From: Ruminococcus sp.
GTDB taxonomy: Bacteria > Bacillota > Clostridia > Oscillospirales > Ruminococcaceae
Assembly (NCBI GenBank): GCA_045659945.1
Contig: JAZRCW010000010.1
Coordinates: forward strand, 60,884-124,883
DNA: 64,000 bases
Direction of reading: 5' to 3'
Shown here: in pieces, positions 56,856 to 64,000 of the stretch
Position numbering within the stretch: the stretch's first letter is position 1
How the letters are laid out: the number at the start of each line of letters is the position of its first letter
The notes under the pieces: model-generated
Database searches by the model: none
The model's input: only the letters and a program-made list of their open reading frames with translations
Told to the model about the DNA's origin: nothing
Program-made: the position numbers and the translations under genes

Positions 56856-58253
56856 CTATGATTTTTCGCTTACATACGTTTCAAGGCGGTCATTGAGAAT
56901 ACGAGTTGTATCATCAGCCGTTCTGCTGTTGTTCACCGCATATTCAACTTCCTCATCAATGATATTCTGCAATTTTTCACTATAAAAATAGGGGTTTGCA
57001 GGAACGCTTAAAATGTAGTCATAGAGTATATCCTTGTATCCCTGCGTGATATAAACCTCATCTGAAATATGATTACAGTCACCCATATTTTGGTTATTTA
57101 TGGAATTGACGTAATCGGCAGGGCGATCATAGTCAAGCTGCAGTTGTTCCTTTAAAACGGGAACTCCACGTGAACTGTCACCCATATTTTTTTCAAGTTT
57201 TTTCTGATGTTTTAAGGCAGCTGACACAACCTCCCAAGCGGCTTCCTTGTTGCCGCATTGCTCGGTTATGGCGAAAAGCGGATTTATAGACCGTATATAC
57301 GTACCTATGCCGTTTTCTGAGGGGTAGCCCACAAAAGTTATATCCTCTTTATTGAAAAATCCGTATGTATTCTGTCCGTAAAAAGCATTAAATCCATCAA
57401 TAACAAGATCGAAAACAAGCTGTGTATCGTTCAATCCTGCGGTCATCTGGTCCTTATAATATTCTTCCCTTGTCAGAGCATCGGAATTTAACATATCAAT
57501 CGGATGTATAACATCCACAGGATTATCAACGCAGAATTGCAGGGATTTTCTGAATATATCGCTGAAATTACAGGTCAGATTTTTCTGATCAATTGAAGCT
57601 AATCCCTCAACTTTAAGCATAAAATTCGTAAGGGATATATTTTCCGTTCGGTAGTAAAAATCCATTTGTCCGCTATATTTTACGTAAAACTCCATAGCCT
57701 CATCGGCAGTCCAGTTTTCGTACTCCTTTGGAATAAATTTCGTCTTTGCCATAGCCGTATAAATTCGGTAACTCTCCATAAGTGCAGGCATTTTTCCGTC
57801 AATTTCAAGTCCTTCCAGAACGCAGGGCAGGAAATCCTCACGTTTTACGAAATCGCAGTTATCCATAAGAGGATAAAGGTCGGTGAGAATACCTTTTCTG
57901 TTATAATTCAGCATATCACTTGCATTCATATAGATAATGTCGGGGGCATTTCCTGAAAGCATGGCCATATTCAGTGCATTGTTCTTGGCGGCAATATATT
58001 CGCTTTCTTCGTCGTAATCAATACCGTCGGCGTAATTTACAATGTTCACCTCTATATTTTTCAGTTTTTTGAGATTGTCATTGAACAGCGGATCAATATA
58101 CTCGAAAGTACCCACGGTTACAACTGCCTTTCCGTCCTCGTTGTAGACAGCCTCATTCATTGGAAGTGATGGTTCCGTTGGCTTGTCGGAATTGCAGGAA
58201 ACCATGGAACATATGGCAATAATGGCTATTAAAAAAGAAAATGCTTTTTTCAT
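56856..58253 (-). CDS. Extracellular solute-binding lipoprotein (ABC SBP family 1-like), orphan
   Basis: Lipobox AICSMVSC. MLSGNAPDIIY motif typical of family-1 SBPs. No permease or ATPase genes adjacent. Confidence 0.75.
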   Translation of the reverse strand: MKKAFSFLIAIIAICSMVSCNSDKPTEPSLPMNEAVYNEDGKAVVTVGTFEYIDPLFNDNLKKLKNIEVNIVNYADGIDYDEESEYIAAKNNALNMAMLSGNAPDIIYMNASDMLNYNRKGILTDLYPLMDNCDFVKREDFLPCVLEGLEIDGKMPALMESYRIYTAMAKTKFIPKEYENWTADEAMEFYVKYSGQMDFYYRTENISLTNFMLKVEGLASIDQKNLTCNFSDIFRKSLQFCVDNPVDVIHPIDMLNSDALTREEYYKDQMTAGLNDTQLVFDLVIDGFNAFYGQNTYGFFNKEDITFVGYPSENGIGTYIRSINPLFAITEQCGNKEAAWEVVSAALKHQKKLEKNMGDSSRGVPVLKEQLQLDYDRPADYVNSINNQNMGDCNHISDEVYITQGYKDILYDYILSVPANPYFYSEKLQNIIDEEVEYAVNNSRTADDTTRILNDRLETYVSEKS

Positions 58254-58273
58254 AAAAATCTCTCCTTTAAATC

Positions 58274-58358
58274 AAGGCAATGCCGCACAAAACACGTCTG
58301 ACGACTTTGCACGTCATAAACTTGTATCTTTCGCACAAGTTCTGTGCGGTGTTGCCTT
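58274..58358 (-). ncRNA. Candidate cis-regulatory structured leader (copy B of the 85-nt motif)
   Basis: Minus strand AAGGCAACACCGCACAGAACTTGTGCGAAAGATACAAGTT...TGTGCGGCATTGCCTT. P1 is 7+7 bp, P2 is 7 bp, P3 is TGACG/CGTCA. It starts 30 nt after the -10 box. Confidence 0.45.
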
Positions 58359-58388
58359 AAAATTTACCATTCTATTTAACCTTGCCTT

Positions 58389-58417
58389 ATTATACCACAG
58401 ATTTGCAGAATTGTAAA
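58389..58417 (-). promoter_or_regulatory. Promoter of the SBP lipoprotein gene
   Basis: Minus strand: TTTACA, 17-nt spacer, TGgTATAAT. Confidence 0.6.
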
Positions 58418-58450
58418 TAGGGCTTTTCGGAAGGGTTCCTCTATCCAAAT

Positions 58451-58479
58451 TTGACAACCCTTTACATATATGTTATAAT
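58451..58479 (+). promoter_or_regulatory. Perfect consensus promoter pointing into the 3' end of the convergent XRE gene
   Basis: TTGACA, exact 17-nt spacer, TGtTATAAT. No plus-strand ORF downstream. Confidence 0.5.
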
Positions 58480-58505
58480 AAAAAACAGGCGGACTAATCC
58501 GCCTG
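58480..58505 (-). terminator. Intrinsic terminator after the XRE regulator gene
   Basis: Minus strand: CAGGCGGA-ttag-TCCGCCTG followed by TTTTTT. Confidence 0.8.
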
Positions 58506-58517
58506 TGATTGACAATA

Positions 58518-59246
58518 TCAATAACCACGATCGTTTTCGGTAGCGTGGTATTTTGCACGTGTTCTTGCAATACTCTCCTCGCTTCTCTTGATAAGATTGA
58601 GCAGAGATGAGGAATACTGGGAATAATCCTTCTGCAATGTAGCTGTTGTTATGTACAGCGTATCAAAATTATTAACACAGTCGTTACCATCAAGGGCGAT
58701 ACCGCTTGAAGCAGCCTTGATATCAGCTTCACTCATTGAAATAATGGCGTTGGAGCTGTCATTTGCAATAACCTTTGGTATACGGAAAAGCTTCTGGTCG
58801 TTGTTGGGATTTGCGTTATATACGATACGGAAAAGCTTGTACACCGACAACATGAGATAGGATGAAACCTCTTTAATCAGCGTAATGCTTCCCGCTTTCT
58901 GTGCAAGGCTGAAAAGCAGACTGATTGAGTTATTGATAATTCTTCTGTTGAAGTTGATTATCTCGGGTGAGGGCATTTTGAGATTGTTGTTTCCGTCGTC
59001 GTCAGGAATATCCTCAATAGTAATGATTTTTCCCTCCGGCTCGGGAGTTCTGCCGAGAAGATAGTCGCAGGAAACGTTATAATAATCGGCAATTCTCACA
59101 AGAAAGTTAAGACCGCATTCACGGATACCCTTTTCATAATGTGAGAGCAGTGCCTGAGAAATACCAAGATCTGCGGCAGCCTGTTTCTGGCTGATGTGAC
59201 GTTCTTTTCTCTGTAATGTAATAATACGTGCAAAATCAGAATTCAT
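58518..59246 (-). CDS. XRE-family HTH transcriptional regulator with C-terminal sensor-like domain
   Basis: HTH ISQKQAAADLGISQALLSHYEKGIRECGLNFLVRIADYYNVSCDYLLGRT. Start taken at MNSDFARI. Confidence 0.85.
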   Translation of the reverse strand: MNSDFARIITLQRKERHISQKQAAADLGISQALLSHYEKGIRECGLNFLVRIADYYNVSCDYLLGRTPEPEGKIITIEDIPDDDGNNNLKMPSPEIINFNRRIINNSISLLFSLAQKAGSITLIKEVSSYLMLSVYKLFRIVYNANPNNDQKLFRIPKVIANDSSNAIISMSEADIKAASSGIALDGNDCVNNFDTLYITTATLQKDYSQYSSSLLNLIKRSEESIARTRAKYHATENDRGY

Positions 59247-59271
59247 CGGAAAGTCCTCCTGTATAATCGAT

Positions 59272-59308
59272 ATAAATAGATACATCTTGTATAATGTTTT
59301 CTATTTAT
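59272..59308. promoter_or_regulatory. 9-bp inverted repeat (ATAAATAGA-N19-TCTATTTAT) overlapping the XRE gene promoter; probable operator
   Basis: Perfect inverted repeat read from the sequence. The right half abuts the minus-strand -10 box (TATAAT, 59309-59314). Confidence 0.45.
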
Positions 59309-59416
59309 ATTATAATACAAAATGTATAACAAGTAAATAGGAAAATTGAATAAAAATTTAAGTGTTTTTTTGTATATTTTTATCAAATACCCCTTTATAG
59401 AAAGGAAAATACCGTT

Positions 59417-60034
59417 ATGAAAGGCTACAGAATAAGCATAATCCGCCACGGCATGACCGATGCCAACGAAAAGGGTATATATATCGGATCCACAAATATG
59501 CCCCTTTCTGATAAGGGCTGTGCGGAGCTTGCCGCTAAAATGGACGAATTCGACTACCCCAGAGTTCACAGGGTATACTCCTCCCCTCTCAAAAGATGTA
59601 CCGAAACGGCGGAAATCCTTTTCCCCGATACGGAAATTGTACTTGCCGACGATATGCGTGAGCTGAACTTCGGCGAATTTGAGGGAAAATCTGTCGATGA
59701 ACTTGTAAATCGTGAAGACTACAAGGCCTGGCTTGGCGGCGGTAGAGATGCACGCCCACCAAAAGGTGAAAGCCTTGAGGAAATGACTGCCCGTACTTTT
59801 TCGGCACTCCACAACATCATAATCGACATGATGAACACGGGTTATACCCATTGTGCACTGGTTACCCACGGCGGTATAATTTCCAACCTGCTGACAGGCT
59901 TCGGACTGCCGAAATATGATCCCAAATATCTCAACGCCCCCTGCGGCGAGGGCTTTGACCTTATGGTAACTGCACAGATGTGGCTCAACTCACAGGCTTT
60001 TGAAATACTGGGCTATTGTCCTTATAATAAATAA
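59417..60034 (+). CDS. Histidine phosphatase family protein (phosphoglycerate-mutase-like)
   Basis: IIRHGMTDANEKG (RHG motif), ...LVTHGGII. Confidence 0.85.
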   Translation: MKGYRISIIRHGMTDANEKGIYIGSTNMPLSDKGCAELAAKMDEFDYPRVHRVYSSPLKRCTETAEILFPDTEIVLADDMRELNFGEFEGKSVDELVNREDYKAWLGGGRDARPPKGESLEEMTARTFSALHNIIIDMMNTGYTHCALVTHGGIISNLLTGFGLPKYDPKYLNAPCGEGFDLMVTAQMWLNSQAFEILGYCPYNK

Positions 60035-60185
60035 TCCGCTCTGGCTTCAATAAACGGACACGGCACGCCATATCCTTACAGCTTTAGGTGACCTCTGGAA
60101 AAACGTTTGATCAAAGGGCACCTCTAAAGGAAATGTATAATTCCCCATAAAAAGATCATAATATACCAAAAGGAATGGTGATATT

Positions 60186-60998
60186 ATGAAGATACGGGAG
60201 CTTACAGGCTATTCAGGGAAAATGATAAAGGGCAGACGGTGGGAGATTTTTCTCATATGCCTGCTGCCAATCGGCACGGAGCTATTCCTCCGCACCGCAG
60301 AGGGAGCACTATACAGCCTTATGCTCTATTTTGGCAATATCCGCCCATTTGACCTTTTTACGGGTAGAAATGCAGAACAGACTGTTTTGTCCATTCTTTT
60401 CTCCCTGCTGCGTTTTCTCATAATGCCGCCGCTGTGGTGCGGTCTTGGTGCAAGGCTTATGATGTTCGCCGAGGGAAAAAATGAGCCCCCTGCCTTTTAC
60501 GAATTGCTTTTAAGCGGAAAGTTCATTCTCCGTTCCATTTCCGCCGCCTTTTTTGTAAGGCTTATATCAGCTCTGCTCCTTATACCTGTAGTTGTATCAA
60601 TGGTTTCTGCCGTAAATATGCTTTCTGACGGTGCAGAGGGCGGTGAGCTGTTTGCCGCCGTAAATCTTATTGCATTGAGTATCGCCCTTGGTCTGTACTG
60701 GATTTCGGTGCGTATCGGTCTTACAGCTGTTCCGCTTCTTCTATGGCGGAAAAAGGAGCTTTCAGCTTTCAGCACAGTTATATTTGCCCTGAAATTCATG
60801 CGACACAGACACGGACTTCCGTTCAAGCTGATACTGACCTATCTTCCCCTTGTGCTTACCGTTGTGGGTGCACCTTATTTTATACCGAATTGGGCAGCGT
60901 CATATGCTGTCGGCATATCAATATTCTTCAAGGAGGACGAAACCGCCCATGAGCGAGCTTGTATTCACGGTGGATACGGAAAATCCACGGCAGCTTAA
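60186..60998 (+). CDS. Multi-pass membrane protein (DUF975-like)
   Basis: Six or more hydrophobic helices. No catalytic motif. Confidence 0.6.
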   Translation: MKIRELTGYSGKMIKGRRWEIFLICLLPIGTELFLRTAEGALYSLMLYFGNIRPFDLFTGRNAEQTVLSILFSLLRFLIMPPLWCGLGARLMMFAEGKNEPPAFYELLLSGKFILRSISAAFFVRLISALLLIPVVVSMVSAVNMLSDGAEGGELFAAVNLIALSIALGLYWISVRIGLTAVPLLLWRKKELSAFSTVIFALKFMRHRHGLPFKLILTYLPLVLTVVGAPYFIPNWAASYAVGISIFFKEDETAHERACIHGGYGKSTAA

Positions 60999-61806
60999 AA
61001 ATTATCTCCGTGACAGCTGCGGAGTTTCCGCAGGGCTTATCAGACGGCTGAAAAATGAGGGCGGAATCTTCGTAAACGACAAAACCGCAAGAACTGTTGA
61101 TATAGTTGAAAACGGCAATATCATCACACTGCGGCAAAGCGAAAACAGCGAAATTGAGGCTAATCCTGACCTTGATGTTCCCATTGTATTTGAAAATGAC
61201 TCCGTTGTTGTTTTTGATAAGCCTGCAGGTATGCCTGTTCATCCCTCGACAAGACACAGAAGCGATACTCTCGGAAATTTCTTTGCGGCAAGATACGGTA
61301 AGCTTACCTTTCGCCCTGTAAACCGCCTTGACAAGGATACATCGGGATTGTGCCTTGTGGCAAAAAATTCTCACAGTGCGAATATTCTGCAAGGCTCTAC
61401 GCATAAGATATACTATGCGGCAGTCGAGGGCATTACAGAGGAATCGGGAACAATTAACGCTCCCATTGCTAGAATGGCCGACAGTATTATTACACGCTGT
61501 GTCCGTGAGGACGGTAGGAATGCTGTCACACACTACAGAAAAATCAGAGAGGGAAACGGTTGCTCCCTCCTTGAAATACTGCTTGAAACGGGACGCACAC
61601 ATCAGATTCGTGTCCATTTCAGCCACATGGGATATCCCCTTGCAGGTGACGACCTGTATGGCGGCAGCCGTAAAAAAATAGCAAGACAAGCTCTCCACTG
61701 CGGAAAAATGAGCTTTGTCTGTCCGATAATCAACGAGAAAATAACAGTTGAAGCTCCGCTTCCGCAGGATATTTCGGAGCTTTTCAAAGGAAAGGAAATA
61801 CTATGA
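60949..61806 (+). CDS. RluA-family pseudouridine synthase
   Basis: VNRLDKDTSGLCLVAK (catalytic Asp motif), GRTHQIRVHFSHMGYPLAGDDLYG. Start taken at MSELVFTV. Confidence 0.85.
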   Translation: MSELVFTVDTENPRQLKNYLRDSCGVSAGLIRRLKNEGGIFVNDKTARTVDIVENGNIITLRQSENSEIEANPDLDVPIVFENDSVVVFDKPAGMPVHPSTRHRSDTLGNFFAARYGKLTFRPVNRLDKDTSGLCLVAKNSHSANILQGSTHKIYYAAVEGITEESGTINAPIARMADSIITRCVREDGRNAVTHYRKIREGNGCSLLEILLETGRTHQIRVHFSHMGYPLAGDDLYGGSRKKIARQALHCGKMSFVCPIINEKITVEAPLPQDISELFKGKEIL

Positions 61807-62270
61807 AAAAGATAGCAAGCTTTCAGGTTGACCACACAAAATTCGGTGTTGGTATGTACATATCAAGAATTGACGGCGATGTTATAACCTATGATGTACG
61901 TATGGTCAAGCCTAACGGTGGGAATTATATATCAAATCCCTCGCTCCATACAATTGAGCACCTCTTTGCAACATATGCAAGAAACAGCGAATACAGCGAC
62001 AGTATTGTATATGTAGGCCCTATGGGATGCCGCACAGGTTTTTATCTGCTGACAAGAAATGATATGACAGGCGAGCAGGCAATTGCTCTCGTCAAGGCGG
62101 CCTATGCCTTTATAGCGGAGTTTGACGGCGTTATCCCCGGACTTTCCGAGGTTGAATGCGGCAACTATCTTGAACACGACCTTGAATCCGCTAAAAAAGA
62201 CGTTCTGCCGCTTCTTGAACGACTTGAAAATTATACAGAGGAAATGTTGAATTACGAATACCATTTTTAA
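61803..62270 (+). CDS. luxS: S-ribosylhomocysteine lyase
   Basis: HTIEHLFATY, GPMGCRTGFY, 155 aa. Confidence 0.9.
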   Translation: MKKIASFQVDHTKFGVGMYISRIDGDVITYDVRMVKPNGGNYISNPSLHTIEHLFATYARNSEYSDSIVYVGPMGCRTGFYLLTRNDMTGEQAIALVKAAYAFIAEFDGVIPGLSEVECGNYLEHDLESAKKDVLPLLERLENYTEEMLNYEYHF

Positions 62271-62302
62271 TCAATTCTTAATTTAATAAAGGGTGTGTTA
62301 TT

Positions 62303-64000
62303 TTGAATTTTCTGCGAAATATAGGCAGATTTATAACGGGACTGTTTGTAAGAAGCGGTCTTTGTACATTCAAATTCATTGCGGCTGTTCTCCTTGGATT
62401 AATCGGAACTATTCGCTTTATCTTCTCTGAAATTACAGGACTTTTCAAAGCTCTGGGCAGAGGATTTATGCTGATTTTCCGCAGCTTTACCGAGTCATTC
62501 CGCAGCAGAGTAAAACTTTCAAACGAGCTTACAAGAAATATACGCCGTGCAAAAAAAGAGGGCGGAAAGGCATATGCCGAATCCGTGATGAAATTTATCG
62601 GCTCGTTTATATTCGGCGAGGACGGCGTTGTCTATACCGCTTTCAACTATATTCTCCCCATTGTCTGCATTGCTTTCACCGTGGGAATAATCACAAGCGG
62701 CTCGGGGCAGGAATATGGCATAGCCGTGGACTTCAACGGCAAGCGACTTGGTATCATATCCGCTGAAGCAGACTTTACAAGAGCTGAACACGACTTCCAA
62801 CAGAGAATATCCTACTCTGATACAGATGAAATAATCGATCTTTCAACGGAACTTTCAGTCTGTGCCATATCCGCAGGCGATAAAGTCATGACCGCTTCGG
62901 AGCTTGCCAATGAAATGCTTGAAGCCTCCGACGAGGAGCTTGTTGAGGCTTATGGTATCTACATTGACGGAAAATTTGCAGGTGCGGTAAACAATAAAAA
63001 AACCGTCCAGACGGCACTTGACAAAGCACTTCTTGACTATAAACCTGACGGTATGGTTAAAGAGGTTTCATATGCAAATAAAATCGAATATACCAAGGGA
63101 ATATACCTTTTAAGCAGTCTTAAAACTGAAAAAGAAGCTATAAAACAGCTCACATCCACAAAAGAACGCCAAAGGGTATATGTCGTTCAGAAAGATGAAA
63201 CTGTTCTTGACATCGTAAAGAAATTCGGAATGAAAATTGAGGATTTCAACAAGCTTAATCCGAATACATCCGAAGGGACATTTATGGGACAAATTCTCAA
63301 CGTAACGGAAACAGAACGCTTTCTCCCTATACAGTATATCTGCGAGCATGAAACGCTGACCTTCCTCGATTACGAAACTGTTGAGGTTGAAACAAGCTCA
63401 CTTAATGTGGGTATACGTGCTGTTCTTACCAAGGGCGAACGCGGTGAAAAAATCAGTAAATATGAGGTTACCTACATCGACGGAATTGAACAGTCCAGAA
63501 CTGTTATAAGCAATACAGTTACAAAAGCTCCTGTAGTTGAAACAATAGGTATAGGAACATATTCCGCCATGCCCGACGATCCGCAGACGGTATATTTCGG
63601 CTCTCCAATGACTGGTACGGGCGAAATGGGCTGGCCTCTTGACGGCGGCTGGGTAAGCGACAGCTTTATAAGCGACCGTAACCACAAGGGACTTGATATC
63701 GCTGCCCCCGAGGGTACGGAAATATATGCCGCTGATGAAGGTCAGGTTGTAACCGCAGGCTGGAACTGGGGCGGTTACGGCAATGTCGTTATGATTGAGC
63801 ATCCCGATGGCTACGCTACGGTTTATGCACATATGATTATGGTATATGCCGTTGAGGGACAGTATGTCACAAAGGGACAGCTTATCGGCTTTGTCGGCAA
63901 CACAGGCAACTCGTTCGGCAACCACCTCCACTTTGAAGTAAGATATCAGGGAGTATGCCTCGACCCCGCAGGCTTCCTCAATACCGCAAGTATGACTCTT
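62303..64000 (+). CDS. Membrane-anchored LysM-G5-M23 peptidase (3' end outside window; absent from the ORF track because there is no stop)
   Basis: Hand translation from the TTG at 62303. TM segments. LysM YVVQKDETVLDIVKKFGMKIEDFNKLNP. G5-like TLTFLDYETVEVETSS...TKAPVVETIGIGT. M23 motifs NHKGLDIAAP and GNHLHFEV. Confidence 0.8.
   Translation, partial: MNFLRNIGRFITGLFVRSGLCTFKFIAAVLLGLIGTIRFIFSEITGLFKALGRGFMLIFRSFTESFRSRVKLSNELTRNIRRAKKEGGKAYAESVMKFIGSFIFGEDGVVYTAFNYILPIVCIAFTVGIITSGSGQEYGIAVDFNGKRLGIISAEADFTRAEHDFQQRISYSDTDEIIDLSTELSVCAISAGDKVMTASELANEMLEASDEELVEAYGIYIDGKFAGAVNNKKTVQTALDKALLDYKPDGMVKEVSYANKIEYTKGIYLLSSLKTEKEAIKQLTSTKERQRVYVVQKDETVLDIVKKFGMKIEDFNKLNPNTSEGTFMGQILNVTETERFLPIQYICEHETLTFLDYETVEVETSSLNVGIRAVLTKGERGEKISKYEVTYIDGIEQSRTVISNTVTKAPVVETIGIGTYSAMPDDPQTVYFGSPMTGTGEMGWPLDGGWVSDSFISDRNHKGLDIAAPEGTEIYAADEGQVVTAGWNWGGYGNVVMIEHPDGYATVYAHMIMVYAVEGQYVTKGQLIGFVGNTGNSFGNHLHFEVRYQGVCLDPAGFLNTASMTL

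Noticed and set aside
59243-59869. 208-aa minus-strand ORF
   Set aside because: It is antisense to the histidine phosphatase gene (clear RHG motif) and runs across the divergent promoter region. It is a shadow ORF.
60928-61698. 256-aa minus-strand ORF
   Set aside because: It lies entirely antisense to the well-supported RluA-family pseudouridine synthase gene. It is Cys/Arg-rich with no RBS or recognisable motif. It is a shadow ORF.
63398-63931. 177-aa minus-strand ORF at the window end
   Set aside because: The plus strand here encodes an open-ended LysM-G5-M23 peptidase with clear motifs (HLHFEV, NHKGLDIAAP). The track misses it because it has no stop in the window. The minus ORF is its shadow.
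1-64000. tRNA, rRNA, tmRNA, RNase P or SRP genes
   Set aside because: I scanned the intergenic regions by eye for T-loop (GGTTCRAATCC) and other hallmark sequences on both strands and saw none. A tRNAscan/Infernal run would be needed for certainty.

Overview
Chromosomal window from a Firmicute of class Clostridia. It is most plausibly a cellulolytic Ruminococcus-type organism, because it encodes a GH5 cellulase with a two-repeat Cys-containing dockerin, an expansin-like protein and BspA-type LRR surface proteins.

Layout:
(1) 1-10.1 kb is a cell-surface accessory block. It holds two paralogous LRR proteins, a U32-like hypothetical, the GH5-dockerin cellulase, a lipoprotein, a TagF-like glycerophosphotransferase with a TagG/TagH-like ABC exporter, and a CPCC protein.
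(2) 10.1-17.4 kb is a tightly packed minus-strand phage-derived operon: TerS, TerL, portal, HK97-fold capsid, prohead protease, three small head/neck proteins and a hub-like protein, followed by an orphan FeoA. No integrase, lysis, tube or tape-measure genes are present. A 334-nt array of hairpins splits the operon.
(3) 17.5-31.5 kb is a co-directional purine-biosynthesis array: purD, AICARFT-only purH, PurO-type IMP cyclohydrolase, purN, purM, purF, purE. It is interleaved almost gene by gene with unrelated membrane, lipoprotein and expansin genes and with small palindromic elements, including a MITE-like insertion.
(4) 31.9-39.5 kb holds an 800-aa Pro/Ala-rich repeat protein, a TPR protein, an OmpR/histidine-kinase pair and an HtrA protease.
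(5) 40-56.2 kb holds yajC and the complete S10-spc-alpha ribosomal supercluster (rpsJ through rplQ, with secY, adk, map, infA, rpmJ, rpoA).
(6) 56.6-64 kb holds an orphan solute-binding lipoprotein, an XRE regulator, a histidine phosphatase, an RluA-family pseudouridine synthase, luxS and a partial LysM-G5-M23 peptidase.

No rRNA, tRNA or CRISPR array was found.

Most interesting observations:
- the head/packaging-only phage-like operon
- an 85-nt structured leader motif present twice, upstream of unrelated genes, with compensatory base changes
- a 164-bp MITE-like element with 17-bp terminal inverted repeats
- inverted 25-nt palindromic elements bracketing purH
- a terminator-containing S10 leader
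- a perfect consensus promoter firing antisense into the XRE gene

All calls rest on reading the sequence and ORF translations by eye. No database search was run.
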